From: Somniosus microcephalus
Taxonomy: Eukaryota
DNA length: 64,000 nt
Reading direction: 5' to 3'
Assembly: GCA_052327205.1 (NCBI GenBank)
Contig: CM126228.1
Location: 19,158,001 to 19,222,000, forward strand
Below are positions 36,703 through 49,430 of this stretch, in pieces. Position 1 is the stretch's first letter, and each line of letters starts with the position of its first letter. The notes beneath the pieces were generated by a model. The model did no database searches, had not been told where the DNA came from, and was given only the letters and a program-made list of their open reading frames with translations. Made by a program: the position numbers and the translations under genes.

Positions 36703-37957
36703 GATGTAACTGGTAAAATAGATAAGGGAGAACCAGTGGATGTGCTGTATTTGGATTTTCAGAAGGCTTTTGATAAGGTCCCGCATAAGAGATTAGCGTG
36801 TAAAGTTAAAGCACATGGGATTGGGGGCAAGGTATTGACTTGGATAGAGAACTGGTTGGCAGACAGAAAGCAAATAGTTGGAATAAACGGGTCTTTTTCC
36901 GAGTGGCAGGCAGTGACTAGTGGGGTACCGCAGGGTTCGGTCCTTGGACCCCAGCTATTCACAATATATATTAATGCTCTAGACAAGGGAACTAGATGTA
37001 ATATCTCCAAATTTGCAGACGACACAAAGCTGGGTGGGAGTGTGTGCTGTGAGGAGGATGCTGAGAAACTCCAGGATGATTTGGATAGGTTGGGTGATTG
37101 GGCAAAAACATGGCAGATGCAATATAATGTGGATAAATGTGAAGTTATCCACTTTGGTGGCAAAAACAGGAAGGCAGATTATTATCTGAATGGCAATAGA
37201 TTGGGAGAAGGGGAAGTGCAACGAGACCTGGGTGTCCTTGTGCACCAGTCGCTGAAGGTAAGCATGCAGGTGCAGCAGGCGGTTAAGAAGGCAAATGGTA
37301 TGTTGGCCTTCGTAGCGAGAGGGTTTGAGTACAGGAACAAGGATGTCTTGCTGCAGTTGTACAGGGCCTTGGTGAGACCACACCTTGAGTATTGTGTGCA
37401 GTTTTGGTCGCCTTATCTGAGGAAGGATGTTCTTGCCATGGAAGGAGTTCAGCGAAGATTCACCAGGCTGATACCTGGGATGGCAGGAATGACGTATGAG
37501 GAGAGATTGGGACAATTGGGCTTGTACTCGCTGGAGTTTAGAAGAATGAGAGGGGATCTTATTGAAACTTATAAAATTCTGACAGGACTGGACAGACTAG
37601 ATGCAGGAAGGATGTTCCCGATGGTCGGGGAGTCCAGAACCAGGGGTCACAATCTAAGGATAAGGGGTAGGCCATTTAGGACAGAGATGAGGAGGAATTG
37701 AGATGAGGAATTTCTTCACCCAGAGAGTGGTGAACCTGTGGAATTCTCTACCACAGAAGGCAGTAGAGGCCAATTCATCATTAAATATATTCAAGAAGGA
37801 GTTGGATATATTTCTTAGGGCTAAAGGGATCAAGGGGTATGGGGAGAAGGCAGGGACCGGGTACTGAAATTGGATGATCAGCCATGATCGCATTGAATAA
37901 CGGAGCAGGCTCAAGGGGCCGAATGGCCTACTCCTGCTCCTATCTTCTATGTTTCTA
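36703..37957 (+). mobile_element. Young 5'-truncated CR1 LINE with a long intact RT reading frame
   Basis: YLDFQKAFDKVPH, GVPQGSVLGP, KFADDTKL, LVRPHLEYCVQFWSP; TTCTATGTTTCTATG tail; TGTATG on both flanks; interrupts an older SINE (36640-36700 plus 37964-38250). Confidence 0.95.
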
Positions 37958-38405
37958 TGTATGCACTAAAATCCTCCAGTATCGTACCCAACTGGCTCTT
38001 TATGTCTGTGCCTAAATAATGAGGGCATCATAGCAAAGCTTAACCATGTTCTTGTCCACTGTCAAAATGTGCACTTACAATCAGCATTGTCCCCTCTCTT
38101 AGCCCAGAGACCCATTGTAGCACCATGGTTATTCCACAGCTGAGTTCTGCTAACTCAGAATAAATAAGGATCAACCTAGGATCTTCTATTCTTGATAGCT
38201 TACCAGCATACTGAGCAGTGCATTCTTCCACTGAGCCATTTATTCCCAAATGAAACAGACTATTCTTTGTGGAACTGTTGTGACTTTATAAGATACCATT
38301 AATTATGAAAAGCTCTACAAAATAACCTGTTTTAACATAAATTGGCCAGAAGCTATTGGAACAATTAGTAAATTGTTGTCTAAATTATAGTAACTTGAAT
38401 TTAAA

Positions 38406-39053
38406 GGGGGAGAAATTGGGTGAGTAGTGCCACCTGTTAGCGCCTAAAGAGGCAGTCAGTGGCTGTAGCGCCACTGGCTGCGCCTCCCGCGATATTCAGC
38501 AGGGGCGCTAATGGTGGCGTTAGGCATTTGCGCTGCGCCGCCACCGATGACGTCATCGGTGTGCGCAGCGCCCCGTTCGCGATATTTGGTTGTGAACGCC
38601 GCAGTTGCGCCGTTCGCTGCCCGGTTCACGGGGCCTTACTGTGCCGGCAGCGGCGCAAGTTAAGGTGGAGGTGCGGGGCGGCACCTCCGTCCCCAGCCTC
38701 CATTGCCGGCTGTTTCCCGAGAGCCCGGCACTTCTCCTTGGTGCCGGGCTCATTTGCCGGCACTCGCGATTGGGGCTCGCGCTGTTGCAGGCACCTCCCC
38801 CTTAACAGTGGGAGGAAGGCCTGCAGTACCGCAGCGTGCTGTGCCGCAGTGTGTGGCACTGCGGCACGTTGCGCTGCGATACTCAGTTTCAGCGCCCTAA
38901 GAGGGATGCAGAGCGCCTCGAGCCTCGCCCCGTGCCCCTCGAGGAGCAATGAAACTGAATATCTGACGATCGCTAAAGCCTCGAACGCTGCGCTAAGTCC
39001 TGCGCTCAGGCGACTTTTGCGCCACTTTGGCGCCCCAACCCAATTTCTAGGCC
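38406..39053. mobile_element. CpG-rich Harbinger-type MITE (family C relative)
   Basis: Ends GGGGGAGAAATTGGG / CCCAATTTCTAGGCC; the right end matches the GGCCTAGAAATT end at 62873. Confidence 0.8.
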
Positions 39054-39169
39054 AGGAAGTGTCCCAAACTGCTTCAAAGAGGAGAAAAAAAAGTGATCAA
39101 CAGCAGAAGAATTAGAGATGACCGAAAACTAGGGAGGGAAATGGAGTCCGGGTAAGAGCTGAATAAGCT

Positions 39170-39720
39170 GGCTTCAGTTTTCCCAGTGTGTAGTTGGAGG
39201 AGATTCTGGTTCAAGTGTGAATTGATGTTGGGTGAGCAGTGTAATGGCACAGGGGGTCATAGAGTCGAATAATGGGAGCCCTTCTAATGTATGTGGAAAC
39301 CGAGCCAGTGCCTCTGGATTACATCTCTGAGGGGGCAACAGGTGAATGATAAACTGAGGGGTCAAGGCTGAAATCTTGGGGTACTCCAGTCCATGGGCCA
39401 CTATGCATGCAGGGGCAGGAGGAGAAACCATTGTTGATCTGTGCTGGCTATGTCGGAACAGGTGAAAGCGGGGCCAAACAAAGACATTTATGTGGAGGAG
39501 GACCACAGAGAAAAGGTAGTAGAGAAGGATGGAGTGGTCGACTGTGTTGAACACCACAGGGAAGTTGAGGAGGACAAGGGGGGGGATCATGCACCAGGGT
39601 TGCAGTCACAGAGGATTTGGTAATCGTAATCCTATGTCTTGGTCCTATGGGCAGGATAAAAGACAGACTGATGGGTTATGAATAGGAAATTGTGCGAAAG
39701 GTGAGCACATGTTTGAGTTA
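39170..39720 (-). mobile_element. L2 LINE RT fragment, degenerate
   Basis: Minus strand LVLLNFPVVFNTVDHSILL resembles the L2 RT motif LLDLSAAFDTVDHSILL. Confidence 0.7.
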
Positions 39721-40001
39721 TAAGAAGTAATGAAGCAGGGGATTGACTTTCTTTTCTCTGTCTGAATATATATGTTAAGTAGATTTTAATTTATATCTAA
39801 ATCAGAACTCTTAAATGTAATTGGGAGAAAATGTATTTAAACTTTGTTAAGATTTATCTTCCCCATCTAGATCATTGTCATATATTAGTTGTTGCTTTTA
39901 AGCTGTTCACAGTTATGCAATGATGTATCCGGTTTAGTATTTTTGCAAATTTTTAATATATGGTTATGCTTGATGTGTTAAAGTTTCTATTTGAGGCAGT
40001 A

Positions 40002-40236
40002 CAGGTAGACTATCCTTTATCCGAAAACCTCGGGACTAGCCGTGTTTCGGTTTTCGGAAAATTTCGGATTTCAGAAGGTATTTTAAAGACTGGGAAATTT
40101 GTCGGGGGTGGGGGTCGGCGGGGGGTGGGGGTCGGCGGGGGTCAGCGTCGTGCGCACGACTTACGCTGAACGAAAAAACTTTAGGTTTTTAGAGGTTTTC
40201 GGTTTTCGGAAGTTCGGATAAAGGATAGTCTACCTG
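40002..40236. mobile_element. Tc1/mariner-pogo (Tigger-like) MITE
   Basis: TA|CAGGTAGACTATCCTTTATCCGAA ... TTCGGATAAAGGATAGTCTACCTG|TA; perfect 24-bp TIRs. Confidence 0.92.
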
Positions 40237-40280
40237 TATAACGTTTCATTTTTCACCGAAACTGTTACTGTATTTTGTAG

Positions 40281-40450
40281 GCTTGTCGACATGCCACTTT
40301 GCCTGGGCCTTTCATTCTGAAGCTGAGGAAGAGTTGCTCAATATGATTCCTGCCATGCAGAAAGGAGCTCCCCAGTGGTGTGAGCTGAAAGCCTTGGGAG
40401 TAGGCTGGTGGGTTCGGAACATTAATACCCTCCGCAAGAGCATTGAGAAG
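40281..40450 (+). CDS. DMXL2: DMXL2 exon (window exon 12)
   Basis: ttgtag|GCTTG...GAGAAG|gtattc; STCHFAWAFHSEAEEELL...GWWVRNINTLRKSIEK; phase 1-0. Confidence 0.95.
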
Positions 40451-41739
40451 GTATTCGAATTATAACTTCATTTTAGCAATTCACAAACAAGAGTACATAA
40501 TGCATGCGTAAATCCACCATTCTTAACATGAAATAGAACTTCCATAAATCTTGGGTGTGGGGCATGGAGGGAAACATTACAAATGTGCTCCAGTTTTCAG
40601 ATGAAAGAGGATTTTGTTTTTACAATCTGTCTTAAACGTTTTACTTTATTAAGGAAGGTTTTGTGCCAGTGAAATGTAAGCTGATAAATCTCAATTCAAA
40701 ATGAAAATATCACTGTATTTCATGATATTTTGTCATTACCTCTTCACACATGAACTAGTTGTGGTTATGCAGGTCCTTTCATTATTTCACTCAATTCTGG
40801 TTCTTTTGAAATTCTGCCTTGGTTTCTTAGTAAGTAGCTAATATTTTTGTTTTTGTAGCGTTCTTACTAAATTTCATTCATTTAGTTTGCAAAAGTCACG
40901 TAGCATTTGCCAGTGAAAAGGTTAACTGTCTTCATTGTTAAACTACCAACAGATTTTTTTTTTTAAGTTGCCTTGGGATGGGGGTGTATACAGCCCATAA
41001 TGTGGGATAGAGCTATATAGACCAAGATGGTACCTTTTTTGATTTTAGCCTGTGTTGTCTTACCTCGTCTCAGTTAGAGCGTCAGTAGGAGCACACTAAA
41101 TGGAAATTGGTTTGGGGGGGGGGTGGTGGTGGTGATGCAGCTCTTAATTACTGCAAATTACTAATGGTGAAAAGTGTGTTTGTTTCACTGTTGGGTGAAC
41201 ACAAGGTTGAGTTTGTCTGTGATTCCTGCTTTGATTGAATAACCTGCTGGAGCTCACTGCCTAGACTTATACATGAAAAATATCGCTTGGGCAAGGTATT
41301 GGCGGGCTGCCAGTGTCCATGGAATGATACCCCAGCATGAGTTGCTTCCTTCAGAAAAGAAAATTGAAAGAAAATCACAACTTCTGAGGGTTGTTCACAC
41401 AGGAATTATATGGCATTCTTTGCTGCTCTATAGTATATCCTTTTTGTGTTTGTTAAATTATTTTTATGGAATCATCACTGGTATAATGACCAACCGTAAA
41501 GTATGACTTAAAATTACTGCAGGCATAGATGAACCAGGAACTCTTGACTTAACTCGTAAATCAGGTGGGCTCCTGGGCCGCCCAGGGGAAGGCCGCAGTA
41601 AATATGGTGGCAGAGTGGTAATGGGGCAGCAAGTGCTGTATAGTGATTTTAACTCTGTTTCCGCTGGATGGGCCGAGTTTAAAATTGGTCCTCAAGTCCC
41701 GATCACCCATCACACCCGCCCTGCATCGGCTCCCAGTCC

Positions 41740-42105
41740 TCCAATTTAGAATTTTCCTTGTGCTCAAATGGCCTCACCCTTCCCTGTCCATTTAACCCCC
41801 TCCAGCCTTACAACTCTGCCACCCCCCACCCCCTCCCGAACTATGTGTTCCTCTTCTCTTTGTCCTATCATTGGAAGCTGTGCTTTCAGCTGCTTAGGCC
41901 CCACTCTCTGGAACTCCCGCCCCAAATCCCTCTGTCTCTCCACCTCCCTCTCCTCTTTAAAACCCACGTCTTTGATCAAGTTTATCGGTCACCTTTATGA
42001 ATTTCTCCTTTGGCTCAGGGTCTGTTTTCCTTACACCACTCTGAAGCGCCCTGCAACTTTTTTCTATGTTAAAGGCATTATATAAATGTAAGTTTTTGTT
42101 GTTTT
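41740..42105 (+). mobile_element. L2 LINE 3' end
   Basis: IGSCAFSCLGPTLWNS (L2 C-terminus) and tail TATGTTAAAGGCATTATATAAATGTAAG. Confidence 0.75.
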
Positions 42106-42539
42106 GCTATCATTGCTGTCATTATCCATTTTTGTAGTTTTCCTGTATATTTATATTTGTCTTGGCTTTCATTTTTATTATCTGCTATAGAAGCACTAAA
42201 TGCTTTTTCTAAGTTTCAAATTGATTAATTGTTCCAGTCTGCAGCACACTCATTGGCCTGTATTTTCCGATCAGAGGCTTCCTGCGTGCGGATGCTTCTG
42301 ATCTGGAAAAAATCTAAGCCCTTACTTGAGGGCTCCAGAGGTCTGGACATTTCTGCTCCTGGGCCTCTGCTTTATGAAATGTGCAGGGCCCAGGTATCCC
42401 AGGGGATTCTTGACAGATTGGAAGTGCCGGTTTTCAGCGCATGCCATTATATTTTCTCCTTACTGGAACATATGTTCCCTTTCTGTCTCTTTTCTATATA
42501 TTTTACATTACTAATCTATAGTTCTGTTTACCAATCTGT

Positions 42540-42860
42540 TTACAGATTTATCCTAAATTTCTTTTCCACTATTTGGCAGCCCATAATATGCTCCAAGTAG
42601 TGCGACTGACCCCTTGCTATTCTCAGCTCAATCCAAAGGGATTCTGTTTGGACCACTTGTCTATTTAAATCTTTATGCTTTAGTGCTATGTTATCATCTC
42701 TAATTATTACAACTACTCTTCCTCCCTTTCTTCCTTATATTTCCCATCTGAAAGTTCTATACCCAGTTATATTTCATCCTGACTCAGCTGCAATCATGTT
42801 TTAGTTGTAGCTATTATGTCACAATTTTCTATTTTAATCTAATGACTGCAGTTCCCAATT
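42540..42860 (-). mobile_element. Old CR1 endonuclease fragment
   Basis: Minus strand ITGYRTFR, ESLWIELR and LLGAYYGLPNSG (degenerate GVYYRPPNS). Confidence 0.55.
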
Positions 42861-42916
42861 GAACAAAAATGAGAGGACAGAATTGTAAAAAATGTTCTTT
42901 TTCTCTTTTCACACAG

Positions 42917-43014
42917 GTTGCAAAAGCTGCTTTCCAAAGAAACAATGATGCATTGGATGCTGCGTTATTTTATCTTGCTATAAAGAAAAAGGCTGTACTC
43001 TGGGGTTTATTCAG
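42917..43014 (+). CDS. DMXL2: DMXL2 exon (window exon 13)
   Basis: acacag|GTTGCA...TTCAG|gtaagt; VAKAAFQRNNDALDAALFYLAIKKKAVLWGLFR; phase 0-2. Confidence 0.95.
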
Positions 43015-44853
43015 GTAAGTCCAGTAGAAAAAATGCATACTACGGTCAGTTAGTATAAATGGAATACTGTGAAGCTTAATTCTTCTCCAAGTTGTGTTTT
43101 TCACAAATGATCAGAGCTAACCCTGAAGATTGAGAATCACATGCAAGATACCTCCTGTGCAAAAACATCTTCTGTACGTAATCCCCAATGATAAGGCTGT
43201 CTGTTTGTATTTCTTCTATAACTGATTTGACTAAGTTGGTCTGAGAATTATTTAATGTTTAACGATGTCGCGTCTTTGTTTCATCAAAGTTGTCTTCTGG
43301 TATGGAAGGGTATTTTAGTTTTTCTTATCTTCTGCTCAAACATTAGGATCTTCTCCTTGCTTTAGTTCATTTGAAAGACTGAGTGAGTCTTTGATGTTGC
43401 TTGTGCTATCCCAGGCTTCCACCGTGAGCCCATGGTGGTTGTTTGGGTCATGTGGGTGATTTTGGCACCGTTAACATTAAATCCTCAGTGATACACTTCA
43501 TAGTGCTGACTGCTTTTCATGTACTCCTACCTGATAATTTTTCACAAATTTTCCAGCCTTTGCTGTCCTTCAGCTAGTTTGAATATTTATATAGGACTTG
43601 TATTCTTCCCTTTGACACCAGCTGCAATAAATTGCTTTTCAATGTAGACACTTTTCTAGTGTCCAACAGAAGTTTATTTTTATTGTTTTAGGCAAGATCC
43701 TCTGATAAGTATAAGTAAATATTGAAAAATTCATTGCTACTGTATTTTTGTCTCACGCTGTGCTCCAAGGAGAGTATTAGAAGGACACTCAAAACATTTT
43801 GCCTTGAATTAGGTGACTGTCACCTCAGACTCCTGGCTACTGGAAGCCCTGTTAAAGGAGGCTGGGCTCAATGATCTCCTATATTCACTTTACTTCTGCT
43901 CAAGGCACAAAAAGTTAGTATTATTTTAGGCTGAAGTGTTGGCATAGTTGTAGAATGGAGGAACATGCTTAGGCAATTGTAATTTTGACAAATTGGACCT
44001 TGGGTTACTGTTTTGCATATTCACCTTTTGTAAAAGGTTTGGAATTGTGCATGAAGTGCTGAGGACCAGAATGATTTATATTTGGTTACAAAATATTGGG
44101 GAATCCGGAAATGCCATATGTGTTAAATTATTTCTTTACACCAATATTCACAAATCAAGACTATCAACAAATTGAGTCAAAGTGGCATTGGGAAAATTTT
44201 TTATGAAAGCCAAGCAGGAGTTTGTTGATTGATTAGCATGTTTATCCAGTGTGCAGCTGAACCATATAGATTAGGAAGTTCCTAGGATTGAGTTTTAATA
44301 CTGCAACTACTTCATAACAGCTACAAACCTTCTTCTAAGACAGTCGTGCTAAGTTAGCTGATTTTCAACCGAGACAACAGTAGGGGCGGGGGGGGGCGGT
44401 GGAGGTGGCGGGTGCACTAACTGACCTTGAGGAGGGAAACCCGGCTGGGGTCCTACCTGTTATCCAAAGGTCCTGGCTAGAAGTGTTTGCCTTTGTGGAG
44501 AGATGTCTAGTTGTGGACATACTTGGACTTAGTAGTGATGATCCCTGAAGTTCAATAGCTGGACAGAACTCGTTGTGAATGTTCACGCATAAATAAAGGA
44601 CAGTTGGGCGAGGTTTTGGATAGTAACTGGCACTTTTGGAAGCGTACCCCAGCAGAGTTCAAGGAATAAACCTCATGGGACATGGTAGAGAGATGAAGAA
44701 TTTTTGCTGTCAGGATGAAAGCTTTTGTCTTTCTAGAGTCTTCAGTGGTGAACCATGTTGGCTTTTGGTTGCTCTGGAAGACCCTACTAAGCACTGTACT
44801 CCAACAACATACAGCTCATCTTACTATTACTGACAGTAGCCTATATAAACATT

Positions 44854-45628
44854 GGCCCGGAATTTGCGGTCAGCGGCGAAGTGAAGGCATTCGCCCCTGG
44901 CCCCGAGGTGAGCTTCGCACAAAGATCTCGCGACCTCTGTGTCGAGAACTTCAGGTTTTCTGACGTTCAGTTCAAACCAGCGGAGTTTACTGGGGATCCC
45001 CTTGTGCGAACTGCTATGACGTCAGCAAGCTGTCTAAGCAGCCAATCAAAATGTAGAATTCTTAGACAGTGAACAAGGAAGTGGGTAAGCTCTTCCATTC
45101 CAACTTTGTAAAAATGTTAGAGAGAGCAAAACAAAAATTGGGGCTCTCAGATGGGGAAAAGGAAAAATTGAAATAAAGATGAACAAACTTTTTTAAATAT
45201 TTTTTTTTAAGTTTCTTAAAAATGTTAATTCTTATTAAAAATGGATACATTTCACACTGCACAAAATTAAAATTAGTTTTTCAGGGCCATAACCTTTGTT
45301 TAGCAGTCCGTACGCTGTTAAAACCCGATTACACCTAATCCCTTTGGGTCTAACTTTTAGTGGGGAATTTAACAGTGTAATTACTGCGTAAGAGCCAAAG
45401 TTTTTGTCAGTTTCCCTGATTTGGGTGATTACACAGATTGCCGGCTCGGTGGGGTGGGGTGGTGATGGGGGTCACAGTGCAGCCTGTGTCGAAGCTATGA
45501 ATGACAGGCCGCAACTTCAGGATTTCCACATGCGCATGCGCCAAATCCCAAAGTTGCGGTCAGTTTCAAGGGCGGAATGACAGCGAACGCTGCCAGTTTG
45601 CCGTCATCTGGACCGTAAATTCTGGGCC
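44854..45628. mobile_element. Harbinger-type MITE (family D)
   Basis: ATT|GGCCCGGAATTTGC ... GTAAATTCTGGGCC|ATT; inverted copy at 61808-62602. Confidence 0.88.
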
Positions 45629-46207
45629 ATTAAAATTTGGAATGTTGTATTACAAGCTCCCCAGAAACCCCTCAAAATCTGCCTCATTCAGAATGTGTAG
45701 ATTTGTTCTCTTATCCCCCCTTCCCGCCCCAATTCAGAGCTGACCCTGTTTCTAAGTTAGTATGTGGTACAGTGACCGGGATGGTGGGTTCACTATAATG
45801 TTTCATTCCAGCTGACCCAGATACTGGGTGGAAGGAAATATACATAGGTGTATTAAAGGATTGATTGACTATTCATTTAATTATTTTTAAAATTCCTCAT
45901 GTGGATTGCATTTTTGCAAATAAATACAACAGATACACTGACTTAGCTGATCAAGTTATACTGGAGGAGGCAGTCTGAAACCAACTACAGCCACCATCAA
46001 TAATTTGTTTTGAGAGTCCATCAGTAAAGGTCTGGACCTGACCTGAACAAGAAGGTACAATTTGTCTACCTTTTTTATACCACAAAACATCTCATTATTT
46101 AGCTTGGTGTTACTGGGCAAAAAAGAACTGGCAGAATGATAGTTCGTGTTCTGTACCGCCTACCTACAACATTTGAAAAGATTTCCACGCATGTCTTAAA
46201 GGACATG

Positions 46208-46887
46208 GGCCTAACAATTCGGTTGCTTTGCGCCTCCCATTAGCGCCCTAAGAAGGGCGCAAAGCAACTAGCGCCAGGGCGCGGCACCACCAACGGCTCC
46301 CGCGAAATTTAGCGGCGACGGTAACTGTTAGTGCCCCGTGGTGCTGCGCCACCGGCGATGACATCATTGCCATGTGCAGTGCCCCGGCCACGATCTTCGG
46401 TCGCGCCCCCTGACTTACCGCCAGATGCTATGTCCGATGGGGTCAAGGGGGCCTACCTGCGGCCGGGGCGGCGCTAATTAAAGGCAAGGTGCCGGGCGGC
46501 CATTTTTGTTGCTGGCCGCCTGCCAGCACCTGCCCCCGTTGCCGTCCCCGGCCTCCTGACTAGCCCCCTCCCCCCCCCCCCCCCCCCTCTTGCGGAGTGC
46601 GCTTTTGCCGGCACTCCGATCCCTGGTGGCCCAGCTGGGCCCCGGGTCGCGCTGCGCAAAGCCTTTAAGAAGGGGAGGAAGGCCTGCAGTACTGCGGCGT
46701 GACATGCCGCAATATTCCCTCGCAGTGTCCCAAGAGGGAAGCGGGGCACTTCCAGTAGCGCCCTGCTTCCCCCTTGGTGTGCTACCGATGAATTTCACCC
46801 GCGGGAGCGCTAATTTTTTCGGGGTGCTAATAGTAGCGCCCTGGCGAAGTTAGTGCCCCAAAGAGGGCGCGACTCCATTTTTCCCCC
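46208..46887. mobile_element. CpG-rich Harbinger-type MITE (family C relative)
   Basis: ATG|GGCCTAACAATTC ... ATTTTTCCCCC|ATG; the left end matches the reverse complement of 18600-18721. Confidence 0.8.
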
Positions 46888-47091
46888 ATGGTTTCTGCAG
46901 AACCAATAAAACTTTTCACTTCACTCCGAAGATGTTTTGAAATGCATAACATTTGAAGAATGAAGAGGAGCATACAAAGTAGATAATCTGTCTTTTACTT
47001 ATCCAATTACTGGCATTGATGCAACTGCATATTTACAAATTTAGCACCTGCAGCAGGAACACAACTCAAAGTTGTGTGTCTTTTTTCTCAG

Positions 47092-47257
47092 GTCTCAGCA
47101 CGATAAAAAGATGACTGAGTTTTTCAAACACAATTTTAGTGAAGACAGATGGCGTAAAGCAGCTTTGAAAAATGCATTTGCTTTGCTGGGTAAACAGCGC
47201 TTTGAACAGTCTGCAGCATTTTTCCTTTTGGCTGGTTCTTTAAAGGACGCTATTGAG
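47092..47257 (+). CDS. DMXL2: DMXL2 exon (window exon 14)
   Basis: tctcag|GTCTC...ATTGAG|gtaatg; FSEDRWRKAALKNAFALLGKQRFEQSAAFFLLAGSLKDAIE (Rav1p_C signature); phase 2-0. Confidence 0.96.
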
Positions 47258-47683
47258 GTAATGTTGCTCTTCCTTGTTCAAATCATAATTGACTTTCTTC
47301 AAGGTAACATCTAGTCAAAACAGCATTTTAGCTTTTAATATTTTATCTGCTGCAACTGATACTCCTTTAGAGATAAAGTTGTGAAGTATTTTTCAATGTT
47401 GTAAGGATATGTGTTTAAAGGGCCAAGATTATTAAACTAATAGATACAGCATTTATTTTTCAACTTTCAATAACATTTAATGTTAAAATGGTTAGCTGTC
47501 ATTTTTTGTTTCTGGGGTGGGGGGAATGTGGTTTTCCTTATTTTTAATATCCAGAGATTCACGTGTTGCAATACAGAGTACAATATTATTTTTCCTGTAC
47601 AATAATTTACAATTGCTGGCACATGTTTTTCTGACTTTTATTGAACATACTCAAATACAGAGTTTTTGTCCATGTCCTGATAG

Positions 47684-47948
47684 GTATGTCTAGAAAAAAT
47701 GGATGATATCCAGTTGGCCATGGTTATTGCACGTCTGTATGAATCCGACTATGAAACATCCTCTACTTGTAAATCCATCCTTTATGGCAAGGTACTTGGC
47801 TGTAAGGCAGATGGGTCTGAATTTGTACCTAGCCAACTACACCCAGATCCATTCCTGCGAAGCATTGCATATTGGACTCTGAAGGATTACTCTAAGGCAT
47901 TGGATACTCTACTGGAACAACCTACAAAGGGTAGTGAAGAGCATCCAG
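47684..47948 (+). CDS. DMXL2: DMXL2 exon (window exon 15)
   Basis: tgatag|GTATGT...CCAG|gtatga; VCLEKMDDIQLAMVIARLYE...HPDPFLRSIAYW; phase 0-1. Confidence 0.95.
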
Positions 47949-48102
47949 GTATGAAGAATCAAGTGAAGAGTATTCAATATTAAGCATTTGAATGTCCAGT
48001 ATTATGCTTAGTTTAAAACTATACGCTTACAGTCAAATTCATATGAATGATACCTGCATATTTTGGGTGATTTGTTTTTTGTTTCTAGGCTTTAGTCATG
48101 TA

Positions 48103-49371
48103 GTCCTAGAAATTGGCTCACGTTGCTCCCTTTATTCAGGCACTATGTGGCCTCCTAAGTCCCCAAAATGGCGGTCTGGAAGCACGCACATACTATCGAC
48201 CGGAAGTGCACAGCCTGCCATATTTGGTGAAGACAAACAAGAGACGTCCTTTAACCATATGCAAATAAGAGGCCAAATGCCTGCTTCAGGTCCCTGCTGC
48301 AAAATTGGTTTACCCTGAGGCAGCCAGTGCCATCACGGGCTGCACTCAGGGAAACCAACCCTAAAGATCACATGCAACAAAAGAAAAAGCACCATCCCGC
48401 TCGCTGATGCGCCTGGCTCCCCCAGCCCCATGAAGCATGGCCCCCGACCTCCCTTCCCCCTCACCAATATCCCCAACCTCCAGATCCCAATCCTGTGGAT
48501 CGCTGACGCTACCACCTCCTGCCACTGATTTCCCCCCCCCCCCCGCCGGCGACCCACCCACCGCACAAGACCCCGGCGACCCACCCACCGCACGAGACCT
48601 GCACTGTCCCCCGAGGCCATTACTTACCATTGCGTTGTCAGCATTCCAAACTTCCTTCACTTACCTGATTGGAGCTCCTCCTGCAGCGCAGTCTCTGTAG
48701 GAATGAAGTCCAAGCCTCAGGGCCTTGGTGAGACCACATCTTGTGTATTGTGTGCAGTTTTGGTCACCTTATCTGAGGAAGGATGTTCTTGCCATGGAGG
48801 GAGTGCAGCGAAGATTCACCAGACTGATACCTGGGATGGCAGGAATGATGTATGAGGAGAGATTGGGTCGATTAGGCTTATACTCGCTGGAGTTTAGAAG
48901 AATAAGAGGGGATCTCATTGAAACTTATAAAATTCTAACAGGACTAGACAGACTAGATACAGAAAGGCTGTTCCCGATGGTCGGGAAGTCCAGAACCAGG
49001 GGTCACAGGATAAGGGGTAAGCCATTTAGGACAGAGATGAGGAGGAATTACTTCACCCAGAGAGTGGTGAACCTGTGGAATTCTCTACCACAGAAGGCAG
49101 TGGAGGCTAATTCATTAAATATATTCAAGAAGGAGTTAAATATATTTCTTAAGGCTAAAGAGATCAAGGGATATGGGGAGAAGGCAGGGACAGGGTACTG
49201 AATTTGGATGATCAGCCATGATCTCATTGAATGGCGGAGCAGGCTCGAGGGGCCGAATGGCCTACTCCTGCTCCTATCTTCTATGTTTCAATATCTAGGG
49301 CTCCTCGGACCTCATCATTTGTGCGCAGGGTAACTGCCCTGCACGGTGGGTCGCTACTGAATTTCGAGCCG
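48103..49371. mobile_element. Degenerate Harbinger-type MITE interrupted by a CR1
   Basis: Ends GTCCTAGAAATT / AATTTCGAGCC around a CR1 fragment. Confidence 0.5.
48718..49290 (+). mobile_element. CR1 LINE 3' fragment, same subfamily as 36703-37957
   Basis: Highly similar to 37362-37955 (LVRPHL.YCVQFWSPYLRKDVLAMEGVQRRFTRLIPGM; tail CCTACTCCTGCTCCTATCTTCTATGTTTC). Confidence 0.93.
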
Positions 49372-49430
49372 ATTATGTCTAATCTTGTTAGTAGTAACCA
49401 CTATAAACATGTTTTCCTATTATGTTTCAG

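Noticed and set aside
38459-39115. 218-aa Ala/Arg/Cys-rich ORF
   Set aside because: A by-product of high GC content inside a MITE; no recognisable domain. Most other short ORF-track entries are similarly spurious.
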